Assembly (NCBI GenBank): GCA_051362555.1
Contig: CM120645.1
Coordinates: forward strand, 24,642,934-24,706,933
DNA length: 64,000 bases
Direction: 5' to 3'
Source of the DNA: Lingula anatina
Lineage: Eukaryota; Animalia; Brachiopoda
In this document: in pieces, positions 51,218 to 63,807 of the stretch
Layout: each line of letters opens with the position of its first letter
How positions within the stretch are numbered: the first letter of the stretch is position 1
Program-made: the position numbers and the translations under genes
Notes under the pieces: model-generated
Databases searched by the model: none
What the model was told of the DNA's origin: nothing
Seen by the model: only the letters and a program-made list of their open reading frames with translations

Positions 51218-54200
51218 CTAAATTAAGTTAATGATGGTGATGATAATATTTTTCACCTATTGCTAGTATCCATCATTACTGTGCCATGTTATTTTGCCTT
51301 TACTAAAGCTTATTTGTTTTTCCTAAAACTAGGTCATCATTTGTCCGTCTGCGTCACCTGTGCACCAACACATGGGTCCACAGTACTTCTATTCCCATTG
51401 ATGTGGATGAAGACAGACCCATCATGAACAAGGTGAGATCAGGAAGAACAGCAGGGATCATCCTGCACTGCCTAATTGGGTCAGCAGCATGCCCCATGTT
51501 AAATCAGTCTTAATACTAAAATATTGGTCTGTTGGTTGCCATGACTACACTACACAATATCTTTCAGCTACCTGATTCCTTATGGAGCTAGGTTACAGCA
51601 AGAAGTGGAGCATGTTAAACGTTTCTGCAATCAGTTAACAAGTAAAAATAGCTGCAGTAAGAAATCTATTTCATCCTTTCTACTGAGTTTCTGTTCCATG
51701 TGTTGTCCAGGTGGGTTGTGCTGCAGTAAAGGAAGACAAGGAAGCATTTGCCATTGTTCCTGTGTCTGCGGCAGAGGTCAGGGACCTAGACTTTGCTAAT
51801 GACGCCAGCAGGGTGCTGTCCAGTATTGCATCCAAGCTGGAGAAGAGCTCCATCACACAGACTGAGAGGAGGTAATAGATAGGCCAGGCAGTGGAAACTT
51901 ATGACTGGTGGTGTGATATAAAGAAAATATATTTTTGTGTTGTGTATGTATTTGCTAGTAACATGTACCTTTCTGTATTATTATTTAGTGAGAACTTAGA
52001 GAGCCAGTGCAGCCAGTCTCATAAGACTTCTGATTTCTTCCATTTCTCAGATGCGTGACCCAGCTCCTCCATGACCTGATCTTCTTTGTGGCCTATCAAG
52101 AGAACACCACTGGAGGGGACCCCCTGGAATACGACTTTATTGTCCCCGATAGAGAGAGACAGAAGCTGCTCAGAGAGCAGAATATTCTCAAACAGGTGAT
52201 TGGTTACTTTTTCAAAGGATTTATCATGAAGAAAGAAAGAAAGAACTATACTTATTCATTTTTAAGTGAGTTGAATGAGATGTTAAAAATTCTTCAAGTA
52301 ATGATATTTTAAAGTTATTTTTAATGATGATATGAAAGAATGTTAATCTTATATTATTATGCAGTGTCATACAAGAGCTATGAAAATATTATCAGGTAGA
52401 CATTTTGACTCTTCTCTTTGTCATATGCGTAGGTGTTCAAGATCCTTCAAGCTCCATTTATAGAGGGCAGTGAAGGCCCCTTGTTGAAGATGGAGGAGCT
52501 GGCAGACAAACGGCATGCTCCTTTCCGCCACATCTGCTGTCTCTGCTACAGGATCCTCAAACTTTCCCAGCAGAGTTACAGGAAAAATCAGGTCTAATAT
52601 CAAACATGGTGTGATGATATAAGGACACAGGATGTTCCTGTTGTTATATATCCATTTAAGAAGTTGATATGGACACAGTTATGTTCAAAATTTAATTGGT
52701 GGTCACAGTAGCATTTTATTTTATGAACAGTTCTGTTAACAACATAAAACATTCAGACTGGTGATATTAGAACAGTGGGTAAATCACTTTGAAACTTGTT
52801 TGTCTACAATGAAAACATTTTTTAATCTATTACTGTCTACCATTGACATAGTTATTTATCAATTCCCTTAGGAGTACATTGCCAAGCAGTTTCCATTCAT
52901 GCAGAAGCAGATAGGCTATGGTGTCCTAGCAGAGGATACTATTACTGCACTCCTTCACAACAACAGGAAGTTACTGGAGAAACACATCACAGGGTCCGAA
53001 ATTGAGACTTTTGTCAACTTGGTCAGGAAAAATAAAGAGTGCAGGTGTGGAGTTAATTTGTCAAATTATGTTTTTTTATCAGTAGACAAATGTGTCATTT
53101 AAACTGACATTAAAGGTATTTGCATGTCTTCAAACAAACCCTTTACTGTTATAATTTTGCCATTCTCCAGGTTTTATGTGACTCTGCAAGCTCAAGTTAT
53201 GTTTGCATTGTGTGCAGAAAATTACAGTCTATTACATTACATTTCTTTCAGACTGTTTTCGCTTTTATTAAGGCCAGTATTATTTTATTCAACACCAGCA
53301 AGATATAAAGGCCTTTCCATGGTAAAAAAAAACACTAAAGAAAAAAAACTGTTATTAAAGGGGACATGTATTTATTACACAAAATCCATAAGTCAGAATG
53401 CAATAGTATGATTTAATGCTGTGTTTAATGATATGGCTGTTATTATTTTTCCTCCTCCTCTCCCCAGGTTTCTGGACTACCTGGCAGACCTGTGTGTATC
53501 CAACCATGTGGCCATTCCAGTGACGCAGGAACTGATCTGCAAGTCTGTGCTCAGTCCTAAGAATGCTGACATCCTCATACAGACCAAGTGAGTGCTGCCA
53601 TCATACAAAGGGGGTGAACTCCATAGCCTAAATTACATTCAGTAGATAGATCATTCTGGCATTTTGTCTCTTTCCCTAATTTCAGTGACATTATATTAGG
53701 TTAGCACACTAAGCATACTTTAAGTATTAGAGTTAACTCCCATGCCAAAGTTCAATTTGGGTTGTTTTGCTTCCCAGGGCAGCTGTCAGGAGAAATCTTT
53801 GGCATTGTGTGGTTATGTAAAAGTACTTCAGATTAAGCAGAGGAAGAGTTTAAAAAAAAGGAGGTATTTCCTCAATAAACCACCTTATGACTCTGCTGTG
53901 TAGCATAGTATGTCATGGTCTCTTTGTCTTGTTGTCTATGTCATGGTGTCTGTGTCATGGTCTCTGTGTCATGGTGTCTGTGTCATGGTCTCTGTGTCAT
54001 GGTGTCTGTGTCATGGTCTCTATGTCATGGTGTCTATGTCATGGTGTCTATGCCATGGTCTATGTCATGGCGTCTATGCCATGGTATCTATGTCACGGTG
54101 TCTATGTCACGGTCTCTATATCATGATGTCTATGTCATGGTGTCTATGTCATGGTGTCTGTGTCATGGTGTCTATGCCATGGTGTCTATGTCATGGTGTC

Positions 54201-57200
54201 TATGTCATGGTCTCTATATCTCCCAGGTTGGTGAAGACACAGGTGGAGGTGGAGATGGAGATCCAGACAGAGGAACATGCTGACAGCTCCCAGCCATTTG
54301 TGACCATAGAGGAGGAAGAAGAGGTAGTGCTCTTCTGGAAAGACAAGAACAAAGGCATCCGAGAGCTGGCCATGGGAGCACACGAAAGTCTGAAAGAGGA
54401 CAGAGAGATTCTAGATTATTACAGGTAAAGTGGACAGCTACAAACTGTGGGCAAGGCTTTCCAGTCATCATGTGGACGGCCACTGGCCACAAAAGATGGC
54501 CTATATTTTCAAAGAAGGCTGGATGTCTTTTGAAATTTTTGTGAAAAGATGGATTGGGGACTTGACTTGCTTGGGTTGGATTCCATTTATATTGGTAACA
54601 AAAATTAGGGGTTCACATTTTGGCCTTTATCTCACACATGTGGCTTGACCTGACACTGATAACTGTTTGTTTTGACCTTAGGTATCAGTTGGACCTGTTC
54701 TCCCACATGTGTCTTGACCGCCAGTACCTGGCCATCAACATTCTGTCACCACAGCTGGACATTGATCTCATTTTAAGGTGAGGAGGACACGGGGCACTTT
54801 CAGGGGATCTCAAAACAGCACTGGATACCAATAAGATGGAGAAAGTTTTTAAAAACATGCATATTAATATTTGATTTTTGAATACATATTTAAAATATAT
54901 TAAAATAAAATAGATGTCACACGGTAGAAAAATTCTGTGATTGTTGATGACGTGCATTTGCAAACAGTATTTGTGTTCTAGTATTAGTATCATATTTTCA
55001 AGATAATCCTGAAACAAATGAAACACAAGGGCACTTGCAGCTGTAGCTATTGATGTGTTTATTTTACAAAATAGATGTATGGCAGATGAAGTCCTTCCTT
55101 ATGAACTGCGTGCTTCGTTTTGTCGGCTCATGCTGCACATGCATGTTGATCGTGACCCACAGGAGCAGGTGACCCCAGTGAAATACGCACGGCTTTGGTC
55201 GGAGATCCCCACTGCTATCTCCATTGATGAGTAAGTGATCCATTCCTCTCATCTGGTCTGTCTTTATTATTAAATAAGATTTCAGAAGAGGAGGTGTTAA
55301 GATGGTATAATAAAGTTGTGGTCTGCTTTAATGAAACCAACTGTAAGAGTTTGTTAGAACCCTTGGTAGATGTTGTTTCACAGCTGAAAACAATGTATTG
55401 ATTATCATTTAGGAAAATTGTTATTTATATATAAAATAATGTAATTTTGTGTATTTATGATACTAATACTGGTTATTGTATGTGTGTAAATATGTAGGTT
55501 GAAAATATTCATTTTAACCTTAACTATGGGGTCGTTACTTGTAAAGGGAGACAGTTTTTGGGATCTTATGCTACAATGAAGTTACAGCTACATTTTTAAA
55601 ACTCTTAGCTTATTTAAAAATACTTTTTACTACATTTATTAGTGTTCATATTTCAAGTCTCAAGAAATTGTATTTTTCCTGTTCAATTTCAGAATTCTTC
55701 AAGGGTACTAAAATCCTGCTATGATTGTTTCTTTATGTCCACTTTTTATATTTTTTTGTTGCTTCAACATTTAGACCATTTCAATTTTTGTGAACTTTTA
55801 GTGGTAGTCAATTAAATTCTTTTGTATCTACAGTATAAGATCTGTCAATCAATGATTTACTATGCATAATTTCTAGGAAAATGTGTAGGAATTTACCATG
55901 TTATTATGAAATAAACCCTTACCTCCCAGACACGGGCAATGGAGGAGCTGTGATGAATGTCAAATGCACAATTTTGCAGGTTCTTAGTTTTTATCTAACA
56001 GAGCACTTTCAGTTTGGAGATAAATTTGATGGTTTATGTGAAGACTGAAGTTTGTAAGTTTTATAAACTTCCATGTGTTGGTCGAGTGCTGTAAACCATC
56101 TTGCTCTCAGTGGCTGTGTCTGGGGCAGTGGAGGTCAATGGAATCTTTTCTTTTTATATCTGTAAGGCAAAGGGGGTGAATTATTGGCTCTTTTCAAACT
56201 ATAATGATAGATCTGAAGAAAATTTGATATTTATCTGGTGATAAAAAGTTTGGAATTTTGCTCATTTCAAATTGAATCGCAACTGCAATGTTTGTACTGA
56301 ACAAAATGGGCACCAAATTATGTAGTAATAGACTGCCGGGCAATATCATGAGTTTTGATGTTTTTGTTTAAACTCATTACTAAAACAGTTTTGGTCAATG
56401 TATTCATTACATGATGTGTTAATGCTATGTAGTGTGTATCAGACATGAATGTTTATTTTTAAGCGAATAATTTGCCTCCCAAGTCTTTGGACGTGCTTGA
56501 CAGATTTTATGTAACAGTTTATTTTGATTAAAGCAAGTTGTGATGTTCAGCAAAGAGTACAGTTAAAGACATTCATGCTAAATGGATTTTTTGTGCATGT
56601 ATAAGTGTTAACCATCTTTTAGGTTTTCTTTGTGTAGTGCATGGTAGAGGATTGTTTATGATTACTGATCTAATTTCAGTCTTTTATGCTACAAAAATGG
56701 AAACAATGTAAATTTCCATGTTCTACCTTTTGTTTTTGCATGAGAAAAAAACAAATACAAAATTGAATAAATGCTAACATATTGAAACATTTTGAAGAAT
56801 ATGTTAAATATTTGTTCGATGGAATAATTTTATAAAAGGATATTCAAATCATTGTTGATGTACTGGCACCAGTTTTACTAGTACTTTTTTGAAGAATTAA
56901 GTCAGAAAATTATGCTCATGGTATGTTTGTATGCTGTGGTACATATTTATATATTTCGCTTTAACATATTTTACCCTATGAAACTCCATCTAAAATGAAA
57001 ATAGTATATACATAGTGCACAAATAATGTCACTAAAGGAGTAGGTATAATAATTATATATATAATATATATATATATAATAATTAAATATGAAATAGTGA
57101 AGGAAGCAGGGTAGTAAGTTATATATTGTCTTTAGAAGGACCAGTTCATCAAGCAAAATGATTTGATGATGAGAGCCTTTCATGTAGGCCAGCTTGATAA

Positions 57201-59513
57201 TTTTTTTTTATTATTAATAATTATGAAATATTTCTTGAATGTTTTATTATTAATTATGATATGATGCTATGTGTCCTCTCTAGTTATGAGTCCCACACAA
57301 GTCAGGAGACGGGAAAGGAGAGTGTGAAAACCAAGTTTGCAGGGACTATCTCCTTTGTGGAGGATTACCTGTGTAATGTGGTCAGCCATTCTTGGTCATT
57401 TGTGGACAAAGAGCAGAATAAACTGACCTTTGAAGTAGGTGGACTCAGCTTTAAGTGGTAGATACAATACGAGTCGCCGAGTTGTACGTGAAATATAATG
57501 AGTGTATTGGCAAGCCGCATTGACGAGACAATACACGAGTAATTTTCACATACAGCTTGGCAAAGAGTGTTGTATCTGGCTTAAACTTATCACGGCCTCT
57601 GATTGGCTACTACACTAATGAGTAACAGGAGTGCAACAGACTGTGGAACGCACTCGTACATGACGTGCTTGTATGTCGAATACAGCATGGCCAAGTCTTT
57701 TGTTCTATGTGCTAGCCGTGGTTTAACTTAATCTTCTACTGAATTCTTGGTTTTGATCCAGAACTGCTTTATATTGTGTTTAACCTTGGCATTGATGCAG
57801 AAAGCAGTAGGTTTCAAATAATAACAGTGTTTAGAATTTGAGTTGAAGGAATAGTTTTAAGTTAAATAATTATACATGGAAGTGAGGGAGAGAAAGTGAA
57901 AGAGTGATTATCAAGAACATGTATCAAAATAAAAATATTGTTTCTGTTTCATCTCTTTTCCAATTATTTTGATTCACAAATGCCAAATTTCTTTCAGGTG
58001 GTGAACTTGGCGCGCCATCTCATCTACTTTGGCTTCTACTCCTTCAGTGACTTGCTGCGTCTGACAAAGACTTTGCTCGCCATTTTGGACGCTGTGCCTG
58101 AGACAACTGGAGAAAGCAAAATTACTTCAATTGATGGTCAGTTTAGTTCAGGCGCATGAAAATACCATATTGTTATTCATGCTTGTGTTATGAAATTTCT
58201 AGTCAGTGGAAGTATGGTCTCATTTGATTTCAGCCTTTATCATTTTTGTATTCTGTAATGAATTAATCTTTTCAATTGGTAAAAATTTTGAAAGTTTCAG
58301 ATAAATAATTTTATGATCACAAAAATTATATATCTGTTTAGCATTTGTGGTGCTTTTATTGCATAGAACACAACTATGGAGTAGCCTGCTTTTTAATTTT
58401 ATTGCTACCAATTAACAGGAACATTCTAATTATAACATCTTATGACTTAAAAATGTAGTAGCTGGAAAATTCGCAATTTATCCCATTGAAAAGATGGAGT
58501 AAATCTTTCTTTCCAGCTAAGAAGACCTCAATGAGTGCAGTGGTGTCCAATTTGATAGCCAAGAGTGGAGAGCTGGCAGAAGCTAAGACTAAGAAGCAGG
58601 AGAAGGAGGATACCATGGTGATGGACACCAAACTGAAGATCATAGAAATACTACAGGTGTGTGTGGGAACTTCTCAGTTAGATTATAGTTAATTATCAAT
58701 CACACAAGTCACACAAGTTGGTGTTCTTTCTTTTATTTGGAATTCAGTTCCCCAGATGTGAACATGATTCACTTGGAAATTGAGAAAATGAAATATTAAA
58801 TGTTATTCACAATGTTTTTGTTCACTATTGCCACATTGAAGCCTGAGTGGTATGAAAAATATTTACATTTGGGAGGCAATGAGATGGCTTTTGCTAGCTG
58901 CGCTGCATTGTATTCTACTTGATAACAAAGCTGTCAAGAAATGGAGGTCATAAGATTCGTTTATCATCGCATCTCCTTGTTTTGCTCAGCGCACTGATCA
59001 CTAATTGATGATTTTGTTTGATTTTTGATCACATGCTTTTGTTGCTGTTGTTGAACTTTATGTTTTTAGATCATAAAAGTGTGAGAAAACCTTTTTCTTT
59101 AATTTAATTTTTTACTAATATTGGTTTTGTTTAAAATTAATCGTATAATATGTGTGAGCATTGCTTTTCTATATATATATACTTTTAATTTTGTTTTAAT
59201 CATTTTACAAATTAAGTAACTTGGCTAAAATGTAAAGTAGAAACTCATACTCTGAGAAAGTGAGTATTCTTCTAAGAGTATGTGCTGAAGATGTTCTGTG
59301 TCACAGTTTAAGCCATAACTTTTGAAGTGTAGGTTTTAGTCATATTTGCACTGAAGATAGGTCTACCCTTCATGGTATAATTCTTCTTCTCTGAAGGCCT
59401 TCTGAATGAGTTCTTAAGTCAGTGGGTTCCATGCCCAGCAATGGGATAGCTGTTACTAGGGAGGGGTTGCCTCCGCTCTGTATTGAGACTAAAGATAGCT
59501 TAGTCAGATGGCC

Positions 59514-59565
<52 letters not shown>

Positions 59566-62500
59566 CTGTTCTCAGTGTAAATGGCACTTTTGTCATAATT
59601 GAGTAGATAGAGTAGTTTATTGACATATACATTTGGAAGGCATTTGTTATATTGTTAGTAATATTGTTATGATGTAAATGTAGATAGCAGCAAAGTAGCT
59701 GTAGAGATTTTAGTCTGAATCTGTGTAGGGTATAACATTGGTTTTGAAGTTAAATCTGTCGTTGTTATAAAATTATTCCCTTTCATTTTATAGAAATATA
59801 ATTTTGATTAATTAGAACACAGCAGATTTCTCCAGAATTATAATAACCTTGTGTGGTTCTGACATACAACACAAGGATGCACACACACATACACACATAC
59901 ACTTTACATACAACAATATTTATTCTGTAGATGAAGGTTTGTATCAACAACATTTGTATTTCATCTAACAGCATGTTCTTGCATGCCAGACACAGGCCAA
60001 TAACCTGAAGATTTTGCCTTGTAGTTCATATTGAACGTGCGCCTGGATTATCGTATTTCAAGTCTTCTGACCATCTTCAAACGGGAGTTTGATGAGAACA
60101 ATGCCACAGAGAAGACTGGAGAGGGTAAATGACCACCTGGAGAGTGATTGCTGCTGTGTGTTGCACTCTAGGTGGTACTAGTGGTATTAGTGGTAGCACC
60201 AGAGGTTTGAGCACTGTAGATTAACATATAATCCTGGGATAACTATCTGCATGTAGCATGGGCTAATATGTTCACTATGTCTCATAGCATCCTCATTGCA
60301 GCAGTGTGAACTGACTAACATGATCTTTAACTGATTACCAATATCCTAGCACTATGAATGTGACTTTGTTGTTTGTCACTTTATTTTTTGTAAATAAATT
60401 CTTCAATAATTCTTGCTGATAATTTCTGAAAAAAAAAAGAATCTCATAAAATTTCTGAAAGGAACAACAAGTCCAACTTTTTTTGATTTCTTAGCTGTCA
60501 GTACAGAAAAGGTATGATAGAACAGCTTATCAGTTCTAACAGGCCTTGGAAAAAGATTTTATATGAAATATATGAAAAATGAAGTGACTGGCAAATAGTG
60601 CACTTGCATGGTTGGATTTAGTTTTAAATCTTTGGTTTCTGCATCTTAAGGAACCTGTTTTTATAGAAAATTGGCAGATAACAAAAAATTTGAGAAACCC
60701 AGAATTTTCACCAAAACCTGCAAACTTAGTTTTAAGTTTTGGCTATAAAGTTCAACTGTTACTTGTTATGTGATATATCTATAACAGAGGTCCTAAAGCT
60801 GTAGACACCACTGAGAACACAAATCTATCTTTGCTGGGGTCATTTTACTGCCCGTGCCCTGACTACAGTAACATGAAGCCAGTGCATTGAGGCAGAACTG
60901 CAGTGATTATTGCTTTTATCTCTCACATCCCTCTCCAACCTTTGCACTCTTTACTGCCATGACATGATGGCAGTATGATTATGGTGTTGTAGTTAGTTTC
61001 CTCTTTTTTTCAGTTTATTTTGAATGTCCGTCTGGACTACTATATAACTAGTCTGCTCAGTGTCTTCAAAGAGGCCTTTGAGAAACTGAATCAGGAACAC
61101 GCCTCAGATGACAGAGATCTGTATATCCTGCAGACACAGAAATCCTGTATGTCTCTCTTCTATTTCTGCTCTTGTTTCTTAATCATATAATATATTTTAT
61201 AAATTTCTTAATACTTGTTTGTATAAGTTTGTTTAACCCAGTGGTGAGAGGTTGTATTTACACAGGAAAACAGTTAAAATGTTCACAGTTGAATGCAGCC
61301 AGCCTCATCAGTGTGGGTGACATAATTTGGAACCATGTCTGCCAAAAGTAATAGATAAGTTTGCAGCCTCCTATGGGTGAGATGAGTTCAGGTGGGGTTC
61401 TCTTTCCATTGGGTCACTCTCCATAGATGAGTTCAGGTGGGGTTCTCTTTCCATTGGGTCACTCTCCATAGATGAGTTCAGGTGGGGTTCTCTTTCCATT
61501 GGGTCACTCTCCATAGATGAGTTCAGGTGGGGTTCTCTTTCCATTGGGTCACCCTCCATGAATGAGCTCAGGTGGGGTTCTCTTTCCATTTGGTCAGCCT
61601 TCCATGGATGAGTTCAGGTGGGGTTCTCTTTCCATTGGGTCACTCTCCATAGATGAGTTCAGGTGGGGTTCTCTTTCCATTGGGTCACTCTCCATAGATG
61701 AGTTCAGGTGGGGTTCTCTTTCCATTGGGTCACTCTCCATAGATGAGTTCAGGTGGGGTTCTCTTTCCATTGGGTCACTCTCCATAGATGAGTTCAGGTG
61801 GGGTTCTCTTTCCATTGGGTCACTCTCCATAGATGAGTTCAGGTGGGGTTCTCTTTCCATTGGGTCACTCTCCATGGATGAGTTCAGGTGGGGTTCTCTT
61901 TCCATTGGGTCACCCTCTTTAGATTAGTTCAGGCAGGTGGGGTTCTCTTTCACTGGGAGACTCAGAAACTGTTTAGGGCATGTAAGCAGCAGGGCAATGC
62001 CATCTGGTCAGATTGCGTCTGAGTACATGAAACCTGCAATTAAAAAAGCAAGGGTTGTTTGAGATTTACAAAATGGAAAAGACCGTGAAAAGACTATGAT
62101 GAAGAAAGAAGTTTGCCTTTTATCATCCTTAACATCTATTTCACTATTTTTAACTCATTTCTCAGTGAAAGCTTCTATATTAATAGTACTATTAGACCTA
62201 ATGTCAGTACAGAGAGAAGAAAAGACCACCTGGTTCTTAGTTTGTACAATTGGGATGTTTACCACATTATATATCCAACAAAACTCAGTTGCATTCTTTG
62301 ATGTGTTACTACCTAGAAATATTTGCCCAAATAAAGCTGGTTAAAAGACCTTGGTGACCTGGTGGAAATCTGACATCCCTGATCATCACTTCAGTAAGGT
62401 GCAAACTTCACATTGGTACCCTTAGTTATGGCTGCTCACCCAAACAGTTTGTATTCATTTTCTTAAGAATAACAAATTCACCCCATACTTATTTTCCATG

Positions 62501-63807
62501 TTTCAACTCAGCTGAGGATTTGTAAAGACTGCTTTTTGTTTTTCTTTCACTCTTTCACAGTCTCCTGTACATATATATATATATTTATATTTATATATAT
62601 GTATGTATGTATGTCATTTTGTTTATTGAGGAAATGTACATTGTACAAGATCTTTTGACTACTGAAAGCCATTTGATACCAAATGAAAATATAACTGTGA
62701 AGAAAATTGGAATAAAATGAAAGAAAACAAACAGAAAAAAAAATTGGACAAAATGCAATAATTGCTAGGGTTGTATGATTTGTCTTCTTGTAGGGGTTTG
62801 GAGCATGGAAAGTATTAAAGTTTATATTATGTTGCCATGTGAAGTATGTGGTGAAGTATATAATTTAAAGTATTAAAGTTTATTTTGTGTATAATTTAAA
62901 AGGAATGATATAAATGTATTAAAAGTGCTGTCAGATTTTTTCTTGCATGCTACATTTGTTGTTAAGTCCAGATTCAAGAACATATTAGAATTTGAGAAAT
63001 AAGTTTCAAGTACAAAATACTGTTTCTGACCCTCAGTTCTTCATGAAGTCTGTTTCTTGATGTACATGTACAATCTCAGTCTTAGCAGGAAACATTCTAA
63101 GCTTGCCTAACCTTTATCCAGAACTCTGTACTGATGAACATTTCCTATTACTAAACATTCTAAGATGCTAGCTTCATTTACAAGCTAAGTTTGTTGTCCT
63201 TCAGATGTTTGAAAATAACATTGCCTTGTATCTCCTCACTTTGTTCTGTTATCCTGAAGTGAAGTAGTACCTTGTAGTCTCTCTGATGTTATACGTGTCA
63301 ACTGTGACTCGCTGCCTTGAGTGTTTAACCAAACTTACTTTAATTCTGACTACAAATGTTTAGCTTTCCTAAACTGAAGTGGTAGAGACTAAATCTGCAT
63401 TCCTGTTATCCTTTTATATGGTCACTTTAACAGTTTGTAAGAACACAATGCTGTGAGTTGATATATTTACTAAAAGACATAGCCATGCAAATTTGTTCTA
63501 CTTGTCATTTTTTTTTTTTTGAGAAATGTCTTTCAGCAATTTATCAGAAAAGCACTACGTATGTATGTGAGTGTTTTTAATTATTAATAGCAGAGTTACC
63601 TAAAGAATATCCCTCAATATTAATATATTTGTATAAAATCTGATATACTAGTAGGATTTATCAGTCTACAGACCATTGTTTGATGACAATATTGTAAATG
63701 CCATGTAAGAAGCCAGGTGGTATTCATGACATAATGGCAGTCTGTATTTGTTTAGGGTTGGACCTGGAGACCATTGGGACACAGGCTGAAGACATCTTTG
63801 GAGGGAG
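33456..63807 (+). CDS. ITPR: Inositol 1,4,5-trisphosphate receptor, N-terminal part (suppressor domain, MIR/IP3-binding core, RIH region); continues beyond the window
   Basis: Exons: 33456-33547, 39018-39088, 41230-41351, 44617-44703, 47763-47921, 48271-48453, 49206-49352, 49748-49843, 51000-51160, 51333-51432, 51711-51871, 52051-52195, 52433-52591, 52872-53044, 53468-53587, 54227-54424, 54682-54777, 55075-55230, 57284-57434, 57998-58136, 58517-58656, 60025-60124 (or 61014-61146), 63756-63807. Hallmark peptides: [58 protein letters not shown]. Confidence 0.97.
33517..33925 (+). repeat. 37-bp tandem array (11 copies) spanning the donor of ITPR coding exon 1
   Basis: Unit cactgtcagtggattcataagtacactggggtgagta; donors GG|gtgagt every 37 bp from 33547 to 33917. 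Confidence 0.97.
37330..38450 (-). mobile_element. Decayed envelope-like gene of a Gypsy/LTR retroelement
   Basis: Minus-strand fragments [43 protein letters not shown], then [34 protein letters not shown], a hydrophobic segment, and [18 protein letters not shown], broken by stops and frameshifts. The order resembles env-like ORFs of molluscan Gypsy elements; recognised from memory, not searched. Confidence 0.6.
39140..39500. repeat. Degenerate (GGTT/GGTA/GATT)n low-complexity tract
   Basis: Imperfect tetranucleotide repeat in ITPR intron 2. Confidence 0.85.
40287..40490. mobile_element. Palindromic MITE family copy 3
   Basis: Termini cattcccatagattagatcg ... cgatctaaaatctctgggaat; similar to 438-672 and 28711-28922. 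Confidence 0.7.
41515..41820. repeat. 17-bp minisatellite
   Basis: Unit acacaatgtcacaccta, imperfect, roughly 17 copies; preceded by (TA)n at ~41372-41450. Confidence 0.9.
43570..44225. repeat. 49-bp intronic minisatellite (~13 copies)
   Basis: Unit gtaggtgtgttcagacaggaagagtgtggaacacatatcagtgcattct. Confidence 0.95.
45163..47560 (+). mobile_element. Non-autonomous Helentron/HINE-like element carrying internal tandem repeats
   Basis: T-rich start, palindrome tgtacagacac-aga-tgtgtctgtaca, (gtcgcc)n microsatellite, about 3.5 copies of a ~159-bp unit (45353-45900), a ~400-bp duplication (45895/46297), 3' subterminal repeat tgtctgtacat (47528), hairpin gacagctttgctgcc and T-rich end. Confidence 0.75.
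48406..49062 (+). repeat. 65-bp tandem array (~10 copies) spanning the donor of ITPR exon 48271-48453
   Basis: Unit gtcctcttcatggactataggatgaaccaggaagatgtgctgaaaagggtaagtatggagagcta; G|gtaagt every 65 bp from 48453 to 48973. Confidence 0.97.
49337..49435 (+). repeat. Short duplication (41-bp offset, 2-3 copies) of the donor of ITPR exon 49206-49352
   Basis: actgtgggaagtggag|gtaagg with donors at 49352 and 49393; a degenerate third copy at ~49420-49434. Confidence 0.85.
49801..50860 (+). repeat. 56-bp tandem array (19 copies) spanning the donor of ITPR exon 49748-49843
   Basis: Unit taggttcaaacacctagcaactggacagtacctggctgctgaggtaagaccacatg; donor positions run from 49843 to 50851 (18 x 56). 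Confidence 0.97.
53909..54220. repeat. 14-bp minisatellite abutting an ITPR acceptor
   Basis: Unit tgtcatggtgtcta (with variants), ending a few nt before cccag|54227. Confidence 0.92.
57459..57580. repeat. Imperfect hairpin (probable MITE-derived palindrome)
   Basis: agatacaatac..gccgagttgtacgtgaaa ... tttcacatacagcttggc..gtgttgtatct. Confidence 0.6.
61014..61146 (+). CDS. ITPR: Alternative (duplicated) ITPR exon, paralogous to 60025-60124
   Basis: tttttttcag|[44 protein letters not shown]|gtatgt. Same phases (0 in, 1 out) as [33 protein letters not shown]. Confidence 0.82.
61378..61958. repeat. 45-bp intronic minisatellite (~13 copies)
   Basis: Unit gatgagttcaggtggggttctctttccattgggtcactctccata. 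Confidence 0.95.

Noticed and set aside
53887-54226. Cys/Met/His-rich ORFs upstream of ITPR exon 54227
   Set aside because: Translations of the 14-bp minisatellite.
61371-61927. Repeat ORFs on both strands ([10 protein letters not shown] / [12 protein letters not shown])
   Set aside because: A 45-bp stop-free minisatellite with no convincing splice sites and no ITPR homology.
62794-62811. Possible 18-nt in-frame ITPR microexon
   Set aside because: Reasonable acceptor but weak donor (gtatta), and no supporting homology.
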